A stretch of 64,000 nt of DNA from a virus: positions 1 to 64,000 of IMG/VR virus record IMGVR_UViG_3300049740_002954; one strand, 5' to 3'. The position numbers and the translations under genes are program-made. This document shows positions 14,896-22,334 of this stretch, piece by piece. Under the pieces are notes generated by a model that was not told where the DNA came from, made no database searches, and worked only from the letters and a program-made list of their open reading frames with translations. How positions within the stretch are numbered: position 1 is the first letter of the stretch; each line of letters opens with the position of its first letter.

Positions 14896-14971
14896 GTAAG
14901 TCGTTAACACTTAACAAGTTACATAAAAACCTAGGGCCGGAGCCCTAAGTCGTTGACTGTGTGCTACTTAG
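14896..14971 (+). repeat. 76-bp IHF-arm element R8
   Basis: GTAAGTCGTTAA-3-TTAACAAGTTAC / ATAAAAACCTAGGGCCGGAGCC / CTAAGTCGTTGA-3-TGTGCTACTTAG. Confidence 0.85.
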
Positions 14972-15276
14972 AACACAAGAGGATCGGGCAACTTTGTGTT
15001 ACTTGCGAACCAATCGGATGAGTCAATTACTTGACCGTTTAGAATAAGATCGAATTTGACTTGACAAACGCCCGCATTGGCTATGCCGTTCACGCGTTCG
15101 CGTGTGGTCGGTGTGTTCCAACCTGCGAGTGACCAACGCACGAGCCCGTCGGGATCGCGTTTGACAATCGCGTTGCCATGTAGCCAAACGGTCTTGCCGT
15201 CTGTGGAAGTGTTGCCAATTGTCTTGGCTTCACCGCGTTCAAATGCTTGTTTTATTTGTGCTGTTACTTTTCGCAT
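14968..15276 (-). CDS. conserved phage hypothetical protein
   Basis: MRK...WLHGNAI...GWNTPTTRERVN family; its stop lies in the last arm of R8. Confidence 0.8.
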   Translation of the reverse strand: MRKVTAQIKQAFERGEAKTIGNTSTDGKTVWLHGNAIVKRDPDGLVRWSLAGWNTPTTRERVNGIANAGVCQVKFDLILNGQVIDSSDWFASNTKLPDPLVF

Positions 15277-15314
15277 AATTTTATTATTAACTATTAAAGG
15301 TTGAAAGTCAAGTT

Positions 15315-15557
15315 TTATTTTCTGTCTGCAACTTCATTATGCAGAATGTTTTGCCATGCTTTGCGAGCTTGTTGCACAGCGTGCAAGGCGTCCATAATCG
15401 CCATGCCTTCGGTGATGCCAATCTTTGAGGCGTCAGAATTTGATTGCTGAGCCAAAAAGTTTAGGTTGCCTTCTGCTTTAGAGAGTGCGAGTCCAAGATC
15501 AAGCTTGGAGTCTAATTGTTTTCTAACTTGTGCGAGTGTGTTATTGTTGTCTATCAT
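15315..15557 (-). CDS. hypothetical protein
   Basis: Own TTGCAA promoter. Confidence 0.7.
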   Translation of the reverse strand: MIDNNNTLAQVRKQLDSKLDLGLALSKAEGNLNFLAQQSNSDASKIGITEGMAIMDALHAVQQARKAWQNILHNEVADRK

Positions 15558-15610
15558 AGTATTACTTTAAGAAATTTTTTGTGTGATTGCAAGCAAAAAG
15601 TGAATTATTT

Positions 15611-15802
15611 TTAGCTTATCCATTCGACAAGCTCAAACTTCCGAGGCAGTCCAAACTTGGCAAGATCTTTATTTAGATCCTCAATTGTTGCGTGGTGTTC
15701 GCATTTCATCATTACATTTGAGCTGATCAGCTCGCCTGTCTTACGGTCAATTATATTTACTTTGGCAATGAAGCCGTTTACTTTACTATTTGTCTTAATC
15801 AT
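15611..15802 (-). CDS. hypothetical protein
   Basis: Start moved to MIKTNSK after the promoter. Confidence 0.7.
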   Translation of the reverse strand: MIKTNSKVNGFIAKVNIIDRKTGELISSNVMMKCEHHATIEDLNKDLAKFGLPRKFELVEWIS

Positions 15803-16038
15803 ATACCTACAAGGTAACATACAAGCAAGCGAATTGCAAGAAAAAAAACATAAAGTTATTCACAATTAGAGAGCCTAACCCTACCCATTAAATGAATTCA
15901 TTTTTAAAAAGAATAGAGCTATACAGCCGGGGGGTGCCTTTTTTCAATATCAAATCTAGTATAATAAATATTAACATATTCGCGGCATCAAAAAAAATCC
16001 GGACACCATTAAAAAATAGTGTATTTATTTTTAGTAAA

Positions 16039-16767
16039 ATGCCTCGAAGACGCAAAAAACCCGAAATAACGGACGAGCAGGAGATTCAGAAAATAGAAAT
16101 TGACTTGCATAAAACAAACATAAAGCTTAAAAAAATCAGTTTAACTGAAAAACAACTGGACTTATTAAAAATCATCTTTGATAAAGAATCAAAAATAATA
16201 TTTATCAGCGGTCCAGCAGGAACAAGCAAAACATATATAGCAATATATGGTGCATTACAATTATACAATATGAATAATGATCGCGGCATTACATATGTCC
16301 GAACAATTGCAGAAAGTGGAGAGAAGAGCCTGGGAGCCTTGCCTGGAGAGATGGCGGAAAAAATCAATCCATATATGATGCCAATGAATGAAAAACTAGA
16401 TGAATTATTAATTCCTGGCCAAGCAAGTATATTAAAAAATAAAGAAATAGTAAAAGGTATGCCAATTAATTATCTTCGCGGAGCAAGTTGGCTCAATGAA
16501 GTAGTTATCGCGGACGAATCACAAAACTTTACTTTTAAAGAATTAACTACATTAATGACAAGGCTAGGAAAAGGCAGCAAACTTATTATTTGCGGGGATC
16601 CTATGCAGAGCGATATTAATGGCAAAAGTGGTTTCGCGGACATGTATTCATTATTTAACGACGAAGAAAGTGTATCTAGAGGTATTCATTGCTTCCATTT
16701 CGGCGCAGAAGATATAAAACGCAGTGAAATTCTAAAATATATAATTAAAAAACTGCAGAAAAAATGA
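16039..16767 (+). CDS. phoH: PhoH-family ATPase
   Basis: GPAGTSKT Walker A, LGALPG, YLRGAS, IADESQN, TRLG, GDPMQSD; start moved to MPRRRKK. Confidence 0.92.
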   Translation: MPRRRKKPEITDEQEIQKIEIDLHKTNIKLKKISLTEKQLDLLKIIFDKESKIIFISGPAGTSKTYIAIYGALQLYNMNNDRGITYVRTIAESGEKSLGALPGEMAEKINPYMMPMNEKLDELLIPGQASILKNKEIVKGMPINYLRGASWLNEVVIADESQNFTFKELTTLMTRLGKGSKLIICGDPMQSDINGKSGFADMYSLFNDEESVSRGIHCFHFGAEDIKRSEILKYIIKKLQKK

Positions 16768-17078
16768 ACCTCATAATAGATTCTCGTCTAAGCGAACCAC
16801 CTAGCGAGATATCTTGTTTTAGAGATGTTACATTATATGCAAAAACTTATATATTTGAGGATATATTGTTATATTGCCCAGAGGGCACAAGGAAAATGTA
16901 CTGGTCCTGGTTAAAAAACTATGGAGCACACGACTTCATATCAGATCTTATTTTGAATCATGAAATTGAGCATGGCTGCAAAATGGGTATAGGAGACTAC
17001 AATAATATTGTTGTCAAATCAATTAATTGCAATAACTTATATGAAATTATAGAAAGAATTAAATATTTTAAACGCTAG
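16764..17078 (+). CDS. hypothetical protein
   Basis: ATGA overlap with phoH. Confidence 0.7.
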   Translation: MNLIIDSRLSEPPSEISCFRDVTLYAKTYIFEDILLYCPEGTRKMYWSWLKNYGAHDFISDLILNHEIEHGCKMGIGDYNNIVVKSINCNNLYEIIERIKYFKR

Positions 17079-17361
17079 CAGTTTCTTTTTGCTCTTCTGA
17101 AACTTCTGAATTTTGTTGTGCTTGTTGAGCTTCTTGAGCATTAACTATAATTTTCCTAATTTGATCGTCATCCATTTCTTCAACCTTGGTTTTAGCTTGC
17201 TCTAGAGCTTTCTTTTGAACCAATTCAATTACGTTGTTTAGCGGCACTTGCATTAGTGCTTCTCCAAGCGTAGCATTGGAGATGAAATTATTCGCTAGCG
17301 TTACAGATATTTGTTCTCTTTCTTGAGAAAGGTTTTGCGCGTCGTCTTGTGTATTTGCCAT
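17068..17361 (-). CDS. hypothetical protein
   Basis: 97-aa helical ORF. Confidence 0.7.
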   Translation of the reverse strand: MANTQDDAQNLSQEREQISVTLANNFISNATLGEALMQVPLNNVIELVQKKALEQAKTKVEEMDDDQIRKIIVNAQEAQQAQQNSEVSEEQKETASV

Positions 17362-17404
17362 ATTATTAATAATAAGTTAAATTGTTATTTTTTAAATTTT
17401 AATT

Positions 17405-17599
17405 TTAATTTTGTTGATATAGTGGATTTTGATTTGTTGATTGTGTTCTGATATTATACAGATTATGGAATATAACTTGTTGTTGTAATGTGCGGATTTC
17501 CTCGTGTTGATTTTGTATTAATTTATTTTGGTCCCACATAAACCACATCATATAAAATATTAGCAACAAAATACTTATAATACTTAAATGATCATTCAT
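17405..17599 (-). CDS. small membrane protein with coiled coil
   Basis: N-terminal TM segment. Confidence 0.6.
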   Translation of the reverse strand: MNDHLSIISILLLIFYMMWFMWDQNKLIQNQHEEIRTLQQQVIFHNLYNIRTQSTNQNPLYQQN

Positions 17600-17653
17600 T
17601 AATATATAATAGTGTAAAGTAGTTTAGTTTCTAAAAATGTGTATAAAAATTAA

Positions 17654-19210
17654 ATGCATTGGAATAATACAAATATAACTGAGATTGTAACTCCATACGG
17701 AATAGATACTTGGTTAAATGGTACTTATGAGACTGGAGCTTTTTTTAATGTTTCTGCTACTTTAGATGATCCTTTGCAGGGTTATGTTGTTGCGAAAATG
17801 GTCAAAAGCGGTAGTCTAAAATCCGGGGGTCATGGTGAAACACTGACCAGTGCAAAATATCCAGCAAGTGGAGATGAAAGGGCTAGAGCAATTGGTTGGA
17901 AAAATTTATTTCCCAAAAATGGAAAGTTTCTAGGAGCTGAGCAAAACTGTTTCTGGGAAATATTATATATCAAACGACCAGGGCAAAGTGGTCATTTCAA
18001 TGAAAATATTCAATCTTTTACAGAGCCAGGTAAAAGAATATCTGGGTGTGTGTTATGTTTAGTTCCTATTGCATGGGAGAATAGTGATAGTTATACTACA
18101 ACAAATTCAAACTCATGTTTTTTAGGTATGGCTCCTGGAGAAATTATACCTGAATATTATAGATCAAAAGATAATGAAAATTTTTTAGAGATAGAGGTGG
18201 GGGACGTTTTATCCGCGCAAAAGATACATAGACTATCTTGTCCTCGCGGTTGCTTCGGGAGTTTTGAACAATCTTTAGGTACATTGCATTTATGCTTTTA
18301 CGGAAAAGATTCAAGTGTTCCAGAACAAGTATTATCTGATGATTTGGATTTTGATGGAATAAAAATAACAGATCTTCCGGAGATAGACAGCATCAATGAC
18401 AATCATAAATTTTTAGTACATTATACTAACAGCAATTCTTTAATTCCTGAAAGCATAAATCATATATTTTCACCAAATCTAAAAACAGTATTTTTCAACA
18501 AATCTATAAAAATTACTTCACCACCTTACAGTTTATCAAAAGTATCAGGTTCTTTTCTAGGCGTGAATTGGTACTGGATTTGGAATTCGCGGTCCAATGA
18601 GTGGATTAGAATAAATGGAAGCGTTAATAGTTTAGAGTGGTTTTATATTGACACAATTGAACAAAAAATAAATAAATCTATCAGTGGAGTTGATGATTCA
18701 AAAATACAAGGTTACATAATTTCTGTAAAAACAAGACTGCTTGATAATACTTATCAAATAGATTCAAAAGGTAATCCAATTGATGTTATCGATACAAACA
18801 AAAAAATTAGTAAGTCTCATAGTTACAATGCTTCAGAGGCTATATCTGCATTTATAATTCACGATAATAAGTCTAGCGAGACCCGGCGGGATGGTTATGA
18901 CTGGTACGATCTTCAAGGCTCTGACTCTAGAATGTATGACGAAAATATACCTTTTACGAAAAAAATATGTTTCGCTAAATTTGGAAAAAATACGACCCCC
19001 GTAACTTTTCGCGATAGGGTTTTAAATAAAAATAATGTTAACAAAGAGGGGGATATGGATTTTACCTGCGGTTCGGAGCAATTTATGTTGGGTTCCGCAG
19101 GAGACACAACCACAACATTAGCTATAGCTTTCACGCGAGATTACAGTGTGCCAGCTAAAAGAAGATTTATATTAGATATTTGTTGTGATGGATATATAAT
19201 TGAAAAATAA
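17654..19210 (+). CDS. hypothetical protein, possibly virion-associated (tail/fibre)
   Basis: 518 aa, beta-rich; preceded by the GTGTA motif; IKITDLPEI segment resembles fibre joints. Confidence 0.6.
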   Translation: MHWNNTNITEIVTPYGIDTWLNGTYETGAFFNVSATLDDPLQGYVVAKMVKSGSLKSGGHGETLTSAKYPASGDERARAIGWKNLFPKNGKFLGAEQNCFWEILYIKRPGQSGHFNENIQSFTEPGKRISGCVLCLVPIAWENSDSYTTTNSNSCFLGMAPGEIIPEYYRSKDNENFLEIEVGDVLSAQKIHRLSCPRGCFGSFEQSLGTLHLCFYGKDSSVPEQVLSDDLDFDGIKITDLPEIDSINDNHKFLVHYTNSNSLIPESINHIFSPNLKTVFFNKSIKITSPPYSLSKVSGSFLGVNWYWIWNSRSNEWIRINGSVNSLEWFYIDTIEQKINKSISGVDDSKIQGYIISVKTRLLDNTYQIDSKGNPIDVIDTNKKISKSHSYNASEAISAFIIHDNKSSETRRDGYDWYDLQGSDSRMYDENIPFTKKICFAKFGKNTTPVTFRDRVLNKNNVNKEGDMDFTCGSEQFMLGSAGDTTTTLAIAFTRDYSVPAKRRFILDICCDGYIIEK

Positions 19211-19791
19211 TGAGTGCAAGAAATAAAAATTTAAAAGACGTACAAGTGGTTACTGCAGACATGCTTAATTTTGAAACAGATTATGTTTTGTGCTTCAATG
19301 AAGAGACTGGCCAACAAAATAAAATTTCTTTGAGTAATTTAACGCAGCAAATGAATTCTAGTTTTGTAGTTTTCCCCCAGCAATCTAAGTTAGCAGAACA
19401 AGCTTTCGGGTCCTCTAATCATTCATACCCTATTACTATTGATTTAAGTAGTTCGCGGTTAGATTCTAGTATTAGCAGCGTAAAAAATATATCTTCTGCA
19501 AATCTTCATTTCATCTTTTTCGCGGAGACCCAGGATGCTAAAAATATATATTTTAATTTTTCATATTATACAAATTCCAGCAGAAATGATAATTACAGAA
19601 CAGTTGTTAACATGATTCAAACAACAAGAAATTATAAGACAGTTAATGGGGATCCAATATTTATTCGAGAGGGTAGAGAATTTAACATTCCTGTTGTTAA
19701 TAATAAAATTTATTTGAGTTGCAGCAGTAATGTTGTTGGAGCCAAGGTTGAAATTGGCATGAATTGTTTATTTACAGGATTTACTGATTAA
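19210..19791 (+). CDS. hypothetical protein, possibly virion-associated
   Basis: Operonic; N-terminal KNLKDV...NKISLSNL fibre-like segment. Confidence 0.55.
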   Translation: MSARNKNLKDVQVVTADMLNFETDYVLCFNEETGQQNKISLSNLTQQMNSSFVVFPQQSKLAEQAFGSSNHSYPITIDLSSSRLDSSISSVKNISSANLHFIFFAETQDAKNIYFNFSYYTNSSRNDNYRTVVNMIQTTRNYKTVNGDPIFIREGREFNIPVVNNKIYLSCSSNVVGAKVEIGMNCLFTGFTD

Positions 19792-19793
19792 TT

Positions 19794-20501
19794 ATGAGTG
19801 AGAAGATAAAATTAACTGACATTTCAGATCAAACCTCAAAATATCGAGGTAAATTACAGTCTTTGAGAGATAAGAATCCAAATGACACGAAAAGTTTGAT
19901 AGTTGAGTCTGAGCAGTATGGAACATGCTTGGTATCTGAAGATAATTTTAGGCAGTTCTTTGGGGGAAATTCGACAAACTTTCATATACAATATCCTATG
20001 TATTCAAAGGGTGCACGAGAAGTCTCTGAAGGCATTATCCTGAGTCAAGAACAAACAATCAAAGATATTAAATTTAATTCAAACGAATTTAAAAGATTTA
20101 CGGATCTAAAAAAATTCTTAAAAGAAAAATCAACCAGCGCTGTAAACTCTCTATCTACCTTCAGAGAGCATAGAATTGACTTGACTTCTTACGGCGCAAC
20201 CAATTTCACTAAAGCAGGAGTTTTTAATTTCACAGCTGGATACAAACAAGCATACACTGCAGACTTGAAGCTTACTGCTCCCGAACAATCTCCCAAAAAT
20301 TTAACCAATATGGAGCTATATTTTGATGTAAGGTGGTATGAGAACGGAGAAGAAAGAAATAATCAATACATTTATAGTGGAAGCCAAAGATTTCATAGCT
20401 GGGAAAATGGTAGATTCACGCTACCAATAAGCGACCGAGCGTTAAGAATATCTCTCGCTTCTAGATTGGGTGTTACAATTCGGCTCGAAGGCTTTTATTG
20501 A
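19794..20501 (+). CDS. hypothetical protein, possibly virion-associated
   Basis: Operonic; KIKLTDI N-terminus and beta-rich C-terminus. Confidence 0.55.
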   Translation: MSEKIKLTDISDQTSKYRGKLQSLRDKNPNDTKSLIVESEQYGTCLVSEDNFRQFFGGNSTNFHIQYPMYSKGAREVSEGIILSQEQTIKDIKFNSNEFKRFTDLKKFLKEKSTSAVNSLSTFREHRIDLTSYGATNFTKAGVFNFTAGYKQAYTADLKLTAPEQSPKNLTNMELYFDVRWYENGEERNNQYIYSGSQRFHSWENGRFTLPISDRALRISLASRLGVTIRLEGFY

Positions 20502-20688
20502 TTTTAGAAGTTTTAATTCTTTCAATTTCTTCAGGTAAGATTTCAATAATTTTATCTACATCATCTTCCAACATAAGTTCTGCTGGCGTTGAACCGTCAA
20601 GTCTTTCGTTTTCAGTTTTTAACCATTTAGTTGATTGATATGAATTTAAATTTTTGCTAAGTATTTCTAAGATTGATTTCTGGGACAT
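20473..20688 (-). CDS. stand-alone Xre/MbcA/ParS-type antitoxin C-terminal domain (DUF2384-like)
   Basis: KWLKTENERLDGSTPAELM...I..L matches the WL..PN..L.G.TP.EL pattern. Confidence 0.65.
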   Translation of the reverse strand: MSQKSILEILSKNLNSYQSTKWLKTENERLDGSTPAELMLEDDVDKIIEILPEEIERIKTSKINKSLRAEL

Positions 20689-20742
20689 ATAAATATTATA
20701 TGTGGTTAAATGGTTTTTTATAGATTTTGTGTATAATATATT

Positions 20743-21177
20743 ATGGGACCGGTATTGAATACAATTATTGGAGCAGGAATAAAACTTGTCTGCAACTTAA
20801 TTAACGCTTGGCTAGAACAAAAAAGACAAGATCAACTTGCCCTTGCTGCAAGAGACGAAAAAATGCTCGAAGCTTTAATCAAAAGCCAAGAAAAGAATGC
20901 GAGTGACGACTTTGTAAAAGTTACTCGCAGAATCTTATTTATGTCTATTACTTTTACTATGTGCTTTTTAATGATATACTACGCATTTAATCCTCACATA
21001 GAATATAATATAATTGTGCCAAAGGGAGATCACGCAAAATGGGGATTTTTTGGATGGATATTTGGAGGAAAAGACTGGGATATGGTAAAAATGACAGGGG
21101 GGCTTATGCTTGCCTCTTTTATGGATCTTTGTTTCATGGTAATAGGTTTTTATGCAATCCCCAGTAAGAGAAGATGA
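20743..21177 (+). CDS. putative holin-like membrane protein
   Basis: N-terminal amphipathic helix, two TMs, basic C-terminus. Confidence 0.5.
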   Translation: MGPVLNTIIGAGIKLVCNLINAWLEQKRQDQLALAARDEKMLEALIKSQEKNASDDFVKVTRRILFMSITFTMCFLMIYYAFNPHIEYNIIVPKGDHAKWGFFGWIFGGKDWDMVKMTGGLMLASFMDLCFMVIGFYAIPSKRR

Positions 21178-21395
21178 TTAAATTATTACTTATATTAGCG
21201 CTTTTATTATCTTCTTGTTCTACAAAATTAATTCGTACAAATCAACAAATTGAGGCAAAAAATTTAAAACCTCAAAATCCAGTTCCAGAAGACATTGTAT
21301 TGGGTGTATATAATTATACAGATCCAGCAATATATTGCGGTTCGATTATATTGTTTATTTTTGTATTATGTTATTTGATTAAAAAAAGATTATGA
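21174..21395 (+). CDS. lipoprotein with C-terminal TM (u-spanin-like topology)
   Basis: Lipobox LSSC plus a C-terminal hydrophobic helix. Confidence 0.5.
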   Translation: MIKLLLILALLLSSCSTKLIRTNQQIEAKNLKPQNPVPEDIVLGVYNYTDPAIYCGSIILFIFVLCYLIKKRL

Positions 21396-21982
21396 ATTTA
21401 AGTTTAGAAATAGTTGGAGTAATAAGCGGCGTAGTTTCTGCGTTAACTGCATTATTTAGTATGTGGATAAAGGTAAAGATTGATGAACGAAAAAGTAAAA
21501 GATTGATTTATGAACCCAGCCTGCATCAAAACGTGCTAACTGCCCTAGATTTCATAAAAGAAAAAACTGGAGCAGATAGAACATATATAATGGAGTTTCA
21601 CAACGGAGAGCATTATTTTTCAGGAAAAAGTCAGCAAAAAATTAGCTGCACATATGAATCTGTAAATGAAGGTATAAGTTCAGAGGCAAACTCTTTACAA
21701 AATATTAGGATATCTAATTACCATTCTTTAATTTCAAAAATATCAAAAGGCGAAACATTTGAATTTCAAGATATATCTTTAATGAGGGATAGCATTTGCT
21801 TTAAACAGACGCTAGAAGCGAAGGGAGTTAAGAGTATATTTGCCCGACCTATTTCGACTTTAAACGGCAGAATCATCGGTATGCTTTTATTAGAATTTGT
21901 CAAAGAAGAGAGGAAGTGGGGGCAATCTTCAGAAAACTTTATTAGAAAACAAGCAAAAATATTAAGTGGCTATTTGATATAA
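21392..21982 (+). CDS. N-terminal TM plus GAF-domain protein
   Basis: GADRTYIMEFHNG...GVKSIFARPI...GRIIGMLLL GAF signature. Confidence 0.7.
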   Translation: MNLSLEIVGVISGVVSALTALFSMWIKVKIDERKSKRLIYEPSLHQNVLTALDFIKEKTGADRTYIMEFHNGEHYFSGKSQQKISCTYESVNEGISSEANSLQNIRISNYHSLISKISKGETFEFQDISLMRDSICFKQTLEAKGVKSIFARPISTLNGRIIGMLLLEFVKEERKWGQSSENFIRKQAKILSGYLI

Positions 21983-22006
21983 TTTTTTTTTATATTATAA
22001 TAAGTC

Positions 22007-22333
22007 ATGGCATTTACCTACTGTCCGCACTGCGGTTTTAAAAACTTATACTCTATCCATCAGCCAAAATTTTGTGGTAGCTGTGGAGAGTCGATTGGCT
22101 CAAAAACTAATAAAACGTTAAACAAAAGATTTGCATTGTCAAGCCAAAAATCTAAAGCGAAAAACATAAGCATCGATGATCCAGATGGATCAGATGTTTA
22201 TGAGGTTCCGAATATATCAAAATTATCTTATTCTATTACTCACGACTCCAACAAGATGGACTTAAAAGACTTGATTCCGTTAGAAGAATTGGATGAATAT
22301 GATCAAAAAGAGTTAAATCAACAAGAAAAATAA
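22007..22333 (+). CDS. zinc-ribbon protein
   Basis: CPHCG...FCGSCG. Confidence 0.75.
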   Translation: MAFTYCPHCGFKNLYSIHQPKFCGSCGESIGSKTNKTLNKRFALSSQKSKAKNISIDDPDGSDVYEVPNISKLSYSITHDSNKMDLKDLIPLEELDEYDQKELNQQEK

Positions 22334-22334
22334 A

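Noticed and set aside
4906-14971. Dispersed elements as a CRISPR or TIGR-type array
   Set aside because: Copies are 0.8-2.3 kb apart and separated by genes, not by short uniform spacers, and there is no cas/tas gene beside them.
4906-14971. Elements as canonical integron attC or Xer dif sites
   Set aside because: They lack consistent RYYYAAC/GTTRRRY ends and the XerD arm (TTATGTTAAAT), and no integrase is seen. Kept only as an analogy.
15892-16038. Long N-terminal extensions in the ORF track (phoH; also ORFs starting at 208, 3783, 5019, 6168, 8941, 11509, 12559, 15820)
   Set aside because: They run through promoters or upstream genes; downstream ATGs fit the context better.
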